Below, in pieces: positions 30,503 through 38,927 of a DNA stretch of 48,800 bases; position 1 is the stretch's first letter, and every line of letters begins with the position of its first letter. The notes under the pieces were generated by a model that was not told where the DNA came from, did not search any database, and saw only the letters and a list, made by a program, of their open reading frames with translations. The stretch comes from an uncultured bacterium (GTDB lineage: Bacteria; SAR324; NAC60-12), in NCBI GenBank assembly GCA_964010765.1, contig CAXGMD010000016.1, forward strand, positions 1 to 48,800, read 5' to 3'. The position numbers and the translations under genes are program-made.

Positions 30503-30520
30503 TCTCGTAATTTCAATGTT

Positions 30521-31645
30521 TTAAGCAGGCTTGTCGCAAGCAACACCCATTTCTACTAGAACAGCTTTCATAGCATCTACAGCAGACTGCATGTCTGCCG
30601 GCTGGAGGTGTCCAATACAGCCTACTCGGAAACTGGGGGCAACAGTCAATTTCCCAGGATAAAGGATGTAGCCACGTTCCTTGACACGATCATAAAACGT
30701 TTGGAAATCAAAGTTAGGATCAGCAGGCATCCGAAAAGTAACGATGATTGGCGCTTGTCGCTCGGGTGGCAACAGAGGTTCAAAACCTAGATCTGTCATC
30801 CCGGAAACAAGTGTTCGGCAATTCTCCGAATAGCGCGTGTTGCGTCCTGCCACACCCCCTTCTTTCTCAAATTGTTCGATCGCCTTGTCAAAAGCAATTA
30901 AAACATGTGTCGGTGGGGTGAATCGCCATTGGGAGCTTGCTTCCATCGTCTGCCACTGATCGTACAAATCCAGGCTCAGCGAATGTGCGTTTCCTTTACA
31001 TTGTTCCAGTACTTCCCGACGAAGGATCGCATAGCCCATTCCTGGCACACCCTCCAAGCACTTGTTAGAAGAGGCCATTACGGCATCAAACTGTACCTGC
31101 TGAGCATCCAGGGGAATGGCTCCGAATGCACTCATCGCATCAATGATCAGTGAGCGTTTGTGCTGGGCAACTATCTCAGCAACCTGTTCCACTGGATTGA
31201 GGATTCCGGAGGTCGTCTCACAGTGCACAACCAGCACGTGGGTGATCGAGTTATCCTTAGTGAGAGATCGTTGCAGTTCATCTAGATCAGGAGGTGAATC
31301 TTCCGGCGTCTCCTGCACCACGAAGGCTCTCTGCATGTAACCAAGCATCTTGGTCATGCGCTGACCGTAGGCCCCGTTAACCAGTACCAAGGCCTTGTCA
31401 GATCGGGAAATCAAGGTCCCAAGCACGGCTTCAACCGTAAAGGTCCCGCTACCCTGTAAGGGAACACATACGTGACTAGAGGTAGCTCCAGCAATTTCAA
31501 GGAGTTTCTGGCGTACTCTCGCGTTTGCTGTTAAAAATGTGGGGTCTCGCGAACCCCAGTCATGCAACATTGCAATCTTGGTTTCTTGAGACGTGGTCAG
31601 AGGACCTGGGGTTAAAAGGCGTGGATCATTAGGTGTGAAAGACAT
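30521..31645 (-). CDS. phnW: 2-aminoethylphosphonate--pyruvate transaminase
   Basis: LLTPGPLTTS, QGSGTF, HCETTSG, DAMSAFG, SSNKCLEGVPG, WRFTPPTH, YPGKLT. Confidence 0.95.
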   Translation of the reverse strand: MSFTPNDPRLLTPGPLTTSQETKIAMLHDWGSRDPTFLTANARVRQKLLEIAGATSSHVCVPLQGSGTFTVEAVLGTLISRSDKALVLVNGAYGQRMTKMLGYMQRAFVVQETPEDSPPDLDELQRSLTKDNSITHVLVVHCETTSGILNPVEQVAEIVAQHKRSLIIDAMSAFGAIPLDAQQVQFDAVMASSNKCLEGVPGMGYAILRREVLEQCKGNAHSLSLDLYDQWQTMEASSQWRFTPPTHVLIAFDKAIEQFEKEGGVAGRNTRYSENCRTLVSGMTDLGFEPLLPPERQAPIIVTFRMPADPNFDFQTFYDRVKERGYILYPGKLTVAPSFRVGCIGHLQPADMQSAVDAMKAVLVEMGVACDKPA

Positions 31646-31979
31646 TTTAATAAAAAACAAAGGTTTGGGAAAGCAAGCATAGTAATGAAAAGGTTTAAAT
31701 ATTTCGTGTTCTAAAGTACGAGTTTTCTGATCATTTTTTATTTTTTCAGTTAAGAAAAACGAATTTTAAATTCACTTTCAGGTAGGATAAATTCAATCAA
31801 TTCACATGATGAATTTGGAATGATTGAATACTATCTGCTAGGTTTATTTTTGAAAATCTTTTACAATCTCTAAAAAATTTGAAGCTTTTCAACTAATATA
31901 AATTTATCTGAGTTATCTTTTCTATATTTTTATTTCAAATCTTAGTGTTATTGTAGTAATTTAATCCACTTTAATTAAT

Positions 31980-32008
31980 CCTAACATTACCCTAACAATA
32001 TACCAATA
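31980..32008 (+). promoter_or_regulatory. 11-bp-period direct repeat, candidate PhoB/OmpR-family binding site
   Basis: CCTAACA at 31980 and 31991, with a weaker ACCAATA at 32002, shortly upstream of the ABC ATPase start. Confidence 0.35.
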
Positions 32009-32042
32009 TAATCGAATCTGCACAGAGAGTTGTGAGCTTCAT

Positions 32043-33185
32043 ATGTATTCAATAGAATTGAAAAACATTAAGAAAAATTTTGGAAGAACTCCTGTTCTGA
32101 AAGCAATTAATCTTGCAATCAAAGACGGAGAATTCCTCACCCTTGTTGGGCCCTCAGGTTGTGGAAAATCTACACTGCTACAGATCTTGGCAGGATTGGA
32201 ATCCCAAGATGAAGGAGACGTGATAATAAATAATAAAATCGTCAACAATATCAGGGCAAGCCATAGAAATTTAGCAATGGTTTTTCAAACTTATGCGCTT
32301 TATCCACATTTAACTGTTCAACAAAATTTAGCAGTACCCCTCAAGCTACGCAGTCTAACATCAGCCGAGCGGAATCCTTTTATTGGGCCATTATTTCCAA
32401 CAAGAAAAAGGAAATTAGCAAAAATTCAAGAAAAAATTATTCACACCTCCGAAATACTTCAAATCAGTCACCTACTTGGGAGGAAACCGGCTCAGTTGTC
32501 AGGTGGTCAGCAGCAGCGTGTTGCCTTGGGAAGAGCTATGGTCAGGGAACCATCAGCTTTTCTTATGGACGAGCCATTATCTAACCTAGATGCTGCTCTT
32601 CGCGTACACATGAGAACAGAGCTATCTCAATTGCATCGTCAGTTGAAGACAACATTTGTTTATGTAACTCATGATCAAGCGGAAGCATTAACAATGTCAG
32701 ATCGAATGGCAGTCATGATGAATGGAAAGATACTGCAAATTGATACTCCTGATCAAATATATCAAAACCCGCTCACACTAGAAGTAGCTGAATTCATCGG
32801 AAGTCCTAAAATCAACATTGCTCCAGCAGAATACGACACTAATGGTCATCTAACCTGTCTTGGTGTCAAAATATCGTTCAGCACCGCGATGCCTGAGCAA
32901 AAAAATGTCAAACTTGGGATTCGTCCGGAGCATTTTGAAATATTACCTCAGGATGCGAAAATTGGGTTCTTAGCTGATGTCCAATTTAAAGAGAATATGG
33001 GATCCGATATTTACCTGCACTTTAAAACAAATTATTTTGAACAGTTTTTTATTGTTCGATGTTCGCCTGAAAAAGCTAGATTTATTGCAGTTGGTGACAG
33101 AATTAGAATAAGATGGATTGAAGAAAAAATTTTAATTTTTGGTAGTAGTAATGAACTAGTATCTTTCAAAAAATTAAAGCCGTGA
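32043..33185 (+). CDS. CUT1 ABC transporter ATP-binding protein (UgpC/MalK-like)
   Basis: GPSGCGKST, VFQTYALYPH, LSGGQQQRVALGR, DEPLSNLDA, YVTHDQ; TOBE-like C-terminus. Confidence 0.93.
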   Translation: MYSIELKNIKKNFGRTPVLKAINLAIKDGEFLTLVGPSGCGKSTLLQILAGLESQDEGDVIINNKIVNNIRASHRNLAMVFQTYALYPHLTVQQNLAVPLKLRSLTSAERNPFIGPLFPTRKRKLAKIQEKIIHTSEILQISHLLGRKPAQLSGGQQQRVALGRAMVREPSAFLMDEPLSNLDAALRVHMRTELSQLHRQLKTTFVYVTHDQAEALTMSDRMAVMMNGKILQIDTPDQIYQNPLTLEVAEFIGSPKINIAPAEYDTNGHLTCLGVKISFSTAMPEQKNVKLGIRPEHFEILPQDAKIGFLADVQFKENMGSDIYLHFKTNYFEQFFIVRCSPEKARFIAVGDRIRIRWIEEKILIFGSSNELVSFKKLKP

Positions 33186-34150
33186 AAAATATTTTCCCAA
33201 ACCAACTTTCCTCGCATGTTTGGTTTGTGGTACCAGCTGTTCTTTTAATGATATTACTACTAATTCTACCAGTTTTCGTGGCAGCTACATTTTCATTCAC
33301 GAATTACAACTTAGGAAGCCCAGACTTCGAATGGATTGGCACAAAAAATTATGAAGTTTTATTTAAGTATTCTAGTTATAAGAAAATGTTTACCGCTTCA
33401 TTTACTTACATTTTTGTTGTCGTACCTATTTCAATAATTTTAGGACTTTTTTCAGCAATACTTATTTCCTCACTACGCTTCGGTGGGGAAATTTATAAAA
33501 CCATATTTTTCCTGCCAGTGATGGCGACTTTATTAGCAATGGCAATTGTTTGGGATTTCACACTTGATCCAATTGTTGGAATCGTTAATCAGACTTTACA
33601 AAAAGGATGCAATACAAATTTTTTTTACAGTTTGATGACAGGATCTTGGCTTGGTTTTAATCCTGTAGATACGTGGTATGGGATTGCTTGCGCCGAAAGA
33701 ATGCCTAACTGGCTGGGAGATAAAAAATATGCATTAGGTACGATTGCCTTCATTGGGATTTGGCAGTCATTTGGATTCAACATGGTACTTTATCTTGCTG
33801 GTTTAACTGCGGTCCCAAGAACTTTGTATAAAGCAGCTGAGATTGATGGAGCAAGCGGTTCTTGGGAATCATTCAAGCTTGTAACTTGGCCATTGCTGGG
33901 GCCTACGCATGTTTTTGTTGTAACAATAACTTCTATACGCTCATTTCAAGTATTCGATACAGTGGAAGCGTTGACGCGGGGTGGGCCGAGCAAGTCAACA
34001 TATATGATGGTTTATGCAATGTTTGAGAAGGGAGTCAAACAAAATCTAATTGGCATTGGCTCAACTCTGACTGTTGTATTCTTATTCTTTGTTTTATTTC
34101 TGACCTTGATTCAAGTTTATTTTGTGAATCGCAAAGTACATTACTCATGA
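33182..34150 (+). CDS. CUT1 ABC permease (UgpA/MalF-like)
   Basis: EAA-loop variant LYKAAEIDGA, SFQVFD, LTRGGP; GTGA overlap with the ATPase. Confidence 0.92.
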   Translation: MKNIFPNQLSSHVWFVVPAVLLMILLLILPVFVAATFSFTNYNLGSPDFEWIGTKNYEVLFKYSSYKKMFTASFTYIFVVVPISIILGLFSAILISSLRFGGEIYKTIFFLPVMATLLAMAIVWDFTLDPIVGIVNQTLQKGCNTNFFYSLMTGSWLGFNPVDTWYGIACAERMPNWLGDKKYALGTIAFIGIWQSFGFNMVLYLAGLTAVPRTLYKAAEIDGASGSWESFKLVTWPLLGPTHVFVVTITSIRSFQVFDTVEALTRGGPSKSTYMMVYAMFEKGVKQNLIGIGSTLTVVFLFFVLFLTLIQVYFVNRKVHYS

Positions 34151-35037
34151 AAACTTCTGTTCATTCTGAAATCCTAAAACACGTTATTTTGCTTTCGGGA
34201 GCAGCTATTGTTATTCTTCCATTTTATCTGATGATTTCTTTTTCGCTTAAATCACCTGCTGAAATCCAAAGTATTTCAGGTGGCTTTTTTGGTGCTCAAG
34301 AAATGATGATCGATAGAAAGTGTGTAAAGCGAGGTTTCACCGAGGAAAAATGTTCAATGCTGCCAGTAGTTTATAATTTTAGAGCTGCTTTTGAAGAGGC
34401 TCCTTTATTACGTTATCTACTCAACGGCGTGATTGTAACTGTTTCTATTTTTCTCATCCAAATTTTAATTGCCCTTCCTTGTGCGTACGCTTTGGCAAAA
34501 TTAAAATTTTGGGGCCGTGATTTCGTTTTTGGTTTGGTACTTTTTTGTTTGCTCATACCCGTTCATGCGATTGCCCTTCCACTCTATCTCATGCTTGCCA
34601 AATTGGGACTAACGAATACATACGCAGCACTCGTCATCCCATGGACGATATCCGTATTTGGGATTTTTTTAATGCGTCAGTTTTTCAAAACTGTACCAGA
34701 TGATCTGATCAACGCGGCAAGAATGGATGGTATGAGTGAATTCAACATAGTTTGGCAGGTTATGCTTCCCACGGCAATTCCAGCATTACTCGCTTTTGCA
34801 ATTTTTTCTGTGGTAGCGCATTGGAATGACTACTACTGGCCAAGAATCGTTATTACAGGCGACAAAGACTTGATGACTCCACCGTTGGGCTTGCGTATGT
34901 TCAAATCAGACATGGATGGCAATGAATATGGGCCAATGATGGCTGCTTCGTTAGTCATCGTTACACCCTTAGTAGTTGCATTTCTACTCGCTCAACGTCG
35001 ATTTATTGAAGGAATTACCCTCACGGGTATGAAGTAG
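34147..35037 (+). CDS. CUT1 ABC permease (UgpE/MalG-like)
   Basis: LMRQFF, LINAARMDG, HWNDYYWP, AQRRFIEG. Confidence 0.92.
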   Translation: MKTSVHSEILKHVILLSGAAIVILPFYLMISFSLKSPAEIQSISGGFFGAQEMMIDRKCVKRGFTEEKCSMLPVVYNFRAAFEEAPLLRYLLNGVIVTVSIFLIQILIALPCAYALAKLKFWGRDFVFGLVLFCLLIPVHAIALPLYLMLAKLGLTNTYAALVIPWTISVFGIFLMRQFFKTVPDDLINAARMDGMSEFNIVWQVMLPTAIPALLAFAIFSVVAHWNDYYWPRIVITGDKDLMTPPLGLRMFKSDMDGNEYGPMMAASLVIVTPLVVAFLLAQRRFIEGITLTGMK

Positions 35038-35141
35038 CAATAACTTTGTTGGAAAAGATTTTTTTCAGAGTTATTGCTTAGAAAGCTCATTGCCGCCCCA
35101 GCATGACCTTTCAAATATTTTGGGGATTCTACAGGAGATCC

Positions 35142-36389
35142 ATGCAACTGAAATCACTAATTACCGGTGCTTTGACCACATGTATGTTGCTGTCTGCATC
35201 TATGGCTAGTGCTGTAACTATTGAAGTGGGTTACGCATATTCTTCACTTTTTGACGTAACCTTTAAAAAGATATATCCTTTATTTCGAGAAGCCAATCCT
35301 GACATCGAAGTAAAATTTAGAGCCACTTACGACAATTACGAAGACGGTGCAAACACTATTCTTCGTGAAGCGGTTGCTAACAAACTGCCGGATGTGACTT
35401 TCCAAGGTCTGAATAGACAGTCTATGTTTGTTGAAAAGGGTATTGCTAAATCACTTGAGCCCTTCATTGCCAAAGAAGCCAATTTCGAAAAAGATGGCTA
35501 TCACAAGGCAATGTTGGATTTGGGTACTTTCAACGGTGAAGTATATGGTTTACCATTTTCTGTTTCCTTGCCCGTGGGCTACTACAACATGGATGCTTTG
35601 GGTAAAGCAGGAATTACTTCGCTTCCAACTACTTGGGATGAGGTAATCGAAAACTGCAACAAGTTGAGAGCGTCTGGCTTTGATAATCCACTTTTTTGGG
35701 GTTGGAATATTACTGGTAACTGGTTCTTCCAAGCTTTGATGTGGAGCCAGGGAGAACCAATACTTAAAGATGGCAAAGTCAATTTTGATGGACCAGCTGG
35801 ACTCAGAGCTCTTGAGACGATGAAAACACTGTTCAGAAGCTGCAAGATGGAGAATCTCCCTTTTACAGATGCAGGCAAACCATTTAATGCTGGTAAAGTA
35901 GCTATGCACTTTTGGTCTACTTCTGCAGTCGGAGCAATCGAACGGGCAAAGGGCGATTTTGAGTTGCAAACTGGTGAGTTTCCAGGTATCGGCGGTCCTC
36001 CTGCTGGGTTACCCGCTGGAGGAAACTCTGTGATGCTAGTCTCAGGTTCATCAGATCCTGAGAGAATCGAAGCAGCTTGGAAATTCATCAAATTTTGTAC
36101 TTCCGGTGAAGGCGCAGCTGTTGTTGCTGAGACAACTGGCTACATGCCTCCAAATAAAGCTGCAAATGAAATGCTAGGCGATTTCTACAAGGCAAATCCA
36201 AACAAATATACTGCTGTGAAACAAGCTGGGCTTCTTCGTGAGTGGATAGCTTATCCTGGAGACAACAGCCTTGCAATTACGCAGCTACTCTTCGATGGAC
36301 AAGAGTCTATTGTTACTGGAGACGCTGATGACATGAAAGCGCTTCAAGAGGAGTTGGCAGAGGAAGTCTCAGATATGCTGCCAAACTGA
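35142..36389 (+). CDS. CUT1 ABC substrate-binding protein (UgpB-like)
   Basis: ATG 35142 with AGGAG, signal peptide (ASA-V). YGLPFSVSLPVGYYN, PAGGNS, AAWKFIKF, TGYMP. Confidence 0.9.
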   Translation: MQLKSLITGALTTCMLLSASMASAVTIEVGYAYSSLFDVTFKKIYPLFREANPDIEVKFRATYDNYEDGANTILREAVANKLPDVTFQGLNRQSMFVEKGIAKSLEPFIAKEANFEKDGYHKAMLDLGTFNGEVYGLPFSVSLPVGYYNMDALGKAGITSLPTTWDEVIENCNKLRASGFDNPLFWGWNITGNWFFQALMWSQGEPILKDGKVNFDGPAGLRALETMKTLFRSCKMENLPFTDAGKPFNAGKVAMHFWSTSAVGAIERAKGDFELQTGEFPGIGGPPAGLPAGGNSVMLVSGSSDPERIEAAWKFIKFCTSGEGAAVVAETTGYMPPNKAANEMLGDFYKANPNKYTAVKQAGLLREWIAYPGDNSLAITQLLFDGQESIVTGDADDMKALQEELAEEVSDMLPN

Positions 36390-36424
36390 TCAAAACAGTA
36401 GATCTGTATCCTAGAAAATAACTC

Positions 36425-36457
36425 GACCGATTTTGCCCATGAAAATCGGTCTCGTTT
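36425..36457 (+). terminator. Rho-independent terminator / stabilising hairpin after the SBP gene
   Basis: Perfect 10-bp stem GACCGATTTT-N7-AAAATCGGTC followed by TCGTTT. Confidence 0.7.
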
Positions 36458-36538
36458 ATATTTGAGAACTGTTAATCTAGTTAGACTTACTCCTTTGCTT
36501 CACTGATCTGTCAAAGTCAGCGGTAAATCCGGGATATT

Positions 36539-37618
36539 ATGAAAATTAAAACAACAACAATTGGTGCTTTTCCAAAGCCCTCTTGCACACCAATTGGCGA
36601 TTGGTTTCCGAAAATAGATGATTCCGATGCTAAAGGTGCTGGCAAGGGCCTCCTACAAAGATGGAATATATCTGATTATGAGCAACAAATAAAGACTGCC
36701 GCCGATTCTGCAGAACCGCTGTTCCTGCAAGCAATTGAAGAAATTATTCTTGATCAAATACAATCTGGTGTGGACATACCCACTGATGGCGAAGTGAGAA
36801 GGGAGAACTACATCTATTACCAGTGTCGTCAAATCGACGGCATTGACTTCCAAACCATTACCCGTAAACAAGTAAGGTCTGGTGCTTTTGAAGCAAAACT
36901 ACCAACTATCACTGGCCCATTGCAACTCCGTAAAGCAGTTTTAGGAACTGATTACAGTTCTGCAAAGCAATTTACATCTAATCCTGTGAAGATAACTATT
37001 CCAGGTCCGATGACGATTGCCGATTCGATCGCCGACGAGTTCTACAATGATGAAAAAAAACTATGTAATGATTTAAGTAATGTCCTAAATCAGGAGATTC
37101 TCTTGTTAGCCAAAGCCGGCTGTAATCACATTCAAGTTGACGAACCTGTGTTTGCGAGGAAACCTGATAAGGCACTAAGTTATGGTATTGAGAGCCTTGA
37201 GCGCTGTTTTGCCGGTGTGCCAAAAGAGATTTGTAGGACAGTACACGCTTGCTGTGGTTATCCCAATGCTTTGGACAGTGAAAACTACCTGAAAGCCCCT
37301 CCTGAATCCTATTTTCATCTAGCCCCTGCCATTGATGACTCTTCAATCAATGCTTTTTCGATTGAAGATGCTCATCGACCTAACAATTTGAAGCTACTAG
37401 AACTTTTCAAAAATACTACCATTATTATGGGTTTGGTTGATGTTGCGAAAAGTAGTGTCGAAGAGGTCGAGCAAATTCAGGAGAGAATACGGCATTCACT
37501 ACATCACATAGACCGGGAGCGCCTAGTTGCAGCTCCTGACTGTGGCCTAGGGCTATTGGATCGGAATCTAGCCAAATCTAAACTGAAGAATCTCTGCACA
37601 GCAGCGCGGAATAGCTAG
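36539..37618 (+). CDS. Single-domain cobalamin-independent methionine synthase II family protein (MetE C-terminal-like)
   Basis: TTTIGAFPKP, TDGEVRR, PGPMT, IQVDEP; Zn ligands HACCG, SIE, APDCGLG. 359 aa, no N-terminal MetE half. Confidence 0.9.
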   Translation: MKIKTTTIGAFPKPSCTPIGDWFPKIDDSDAKGAGKGLLQRWNISDYEQQIKTAADSAEPLFLQAIEEIILDQIQSGVDIPTDGEVRRENYIYYQCRQIDGIDFQTITRKQVRSGAFEAKLPTITGPLQLRKAVLGTDYSSAKQFTSNPVKITIPGPMTIADSIADEFYNDEKKLCNDLSNVLNQEILLLAKAGCNHIQVDEPVFARKPDKALSYGIESLERCFAGVPKEICRTVHACCGYPNALDSENYLKAPPESYFHLAPAIDDSSINAFSIEDAHRPNNLKLLELFKNTTIIMGLVDVAKSSVEEVEQIQERIRHSLHHIDRERLVAAPDCGLGLLDRNLAKSKLKNLCTAARNS

Positions 37619-37660
37619 CAGAGACTCGAATTTCAATTGAATTACGTTCAAACCAGTTTC

Positions 37661-38212
37661 TCAACTCTCACCGTTTCTCTCTTCATTAAACGCCATCACC
37701 TCACAACGTCCGTAACTCTGCGTAGGGACAACTGCACCGTCTTTAGTGATTGTGTGCTGTGATGTTGTGGCGACAAAAGTTCCTGCTTCCCGGTTTTCTC
37801 GCATCACCATCACCGCAGTCGTATGGATAGGTCGCTCTGGATTGACTTCCAGAAAATTTAGCGCTTCCAAGGTACGGATAATAAAGACTTCCTGGATTCC
37901 ACTTGGTTCGCCTGGAACTCTCTTGATCAGCCGAGCCTTGCTTCCTTTTTGCGGAATGGCTGCAAAGATATACTCCATGTTTTCGATGGTGGCTTCTTTC
38001 GACCAAGTTGTTTCCCAGGAAGTCCAGTTGGTAGTCACCTGTCGAGTGAACAAACAACGTAGACTTTTGGCCTTCAAAAGATTTGCATCACGAACAAACA
38101 AAGCCTCTTCTGCGGCATGTAGTGGACTGGTGAAGAGGATGATGAGTAGGGCCAACAATCCAAAAATCATGGGTCGACTCTGGCAATGGGTTCCAAAAAT
38201 TTTCTTCTCCAA
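37661..38212 (-). CDS. Exported hypothetical protein
   Basis: Hydrophobic signal ending LHA-A (start may be ATG 38170). Beta-rich mature part with Cys near each end. Confidence 0.7.
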   Translation of the reverse strand: MEKKIFGTHCQSRPMIFGLLALLIILFTSPLHAAEEALFVRDANLLKAKSLRCLFTRQVTTNWTSWETTWSKEATIENMEYIFAAIPQKGSKARLIKRVPGEPSGIQEVFIIRTLEALNFLEVNPERPIHTTAVMVMRENREAGTFVATTSQHTITKDGAVVPTQSYGRCEVMAFNEERNGES

Positions 38213-38554
38213 AATCGTTGTTCTGAAGAGGGTTGATTTGATTTATCTTCAACACAACTGCAGGTTTTCTTCCTTCTGGACGAATTCATCTATTTTCTGA
38301 GGTTTTCCTCTACTCGGCTCCGTTTCTCGTCTTTTCTGATTGAACCAATATCATCACGAAAGTGGGAGATGGCTGGATTCTTGTTTCAGTTACTAGTAGA
38401 AAATCTGTCACATTAATTTTTAGAACTAAATTTTCTTAAACTGAGTCATTGAAGGGCATTGTTTCACAACAGATTCGACTCACTGAATTTGTGAGTTAAT
38501 AAAACTCTGATCCTTCAAGCAGAAGAATCTCTCTTTATTCCGAAAAGGTGGACG

Positions 38555-38875
38555 ATGAATCAGCTATTCCCCCCAAAAGTTATGGACCGCAGAAAGAGTG
38601 ATCGCAGGGCGAATGAACGTCGGTCCGATGAAAGAAGGCACCATGACCGAAGATCTGGCTCAGGAGAGGTACCCCGAGAACGCCGTCAAAGAGAGGAACT
38701 GGTGGAGTTGACAGACCGGCGCCTAACAGACCGGCGTAATCAGGATCGGCGGGAACACGATCGAAGAAAAATCAATTTGTTGCTGAACACGGAAGCACAA
38801 CAACTCTTGGCAAAGACACCCTGGATGGAAGAACTTCTTGTGAAGATTGCCGAGGATCAAAAAAGTTCTACCTAA
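38555..38875 (+). CDS. Small protein with tandem (D/E)RRxx repeats
   Basis: ATG with AAAGGTGG upstream. DRRKSDRRANERRSDERRHHDRR and DRRLTDRRNQDRREHDRR, then a helical tail. Confidence 0.8.
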   Translation: MNQLFPPKVMDRRKSDRRANERRSDERRHHDRRSGSGEVPRERRQREELVELTDRRLTDRRNQDRREHDRRKINLLLNTEAQQLLAKTPWMEELLVKIAEDQKSST

Positions 38876-38927
38876 GATCAAAATCAGCCCACCCAAGTGT
38901 CCTAATCACCAAGAAGCACCTCTCCTC

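Noticed and set aside
32043..36389. Calling the ABC system AepXVW or PhnSTUV because it neighbours phnWAY
   Set aside because: Its sequences are CUT1/Ugp-type with two MalF/MalG-like permeases, not the Fe3+/PhnS-type family.
36458..36538. Possible SAM or cobalamin riboswitch ahead of the methionine synthase-like gene
   Set aside because: The region is short and I could not match SAM-I/II/V or B12-box consensus elements.
37746..38300. 184-aa plus-strand ORF
   Set aside because: Antisense shadow of the signal-peptide-bearing minus-strand gene.
38350..38385. CAC-GAAA-GTGGGA upstream of the DRR-repeat gene, reminiscent of a c-di-GMP-I riboswitch P1 loop
   Set aside because: Lacks the flanking GGCAAA and ACGCAAAGC elements and a convincing second stem. 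An Rfam scan would settle it.
38582..38768. DRR-coding region as a DNA tandem repeat or CRISPR-like array
   Set aside because: Codons vary between units. The periodicity is at protein level only and there is no repeat-spacer structure.
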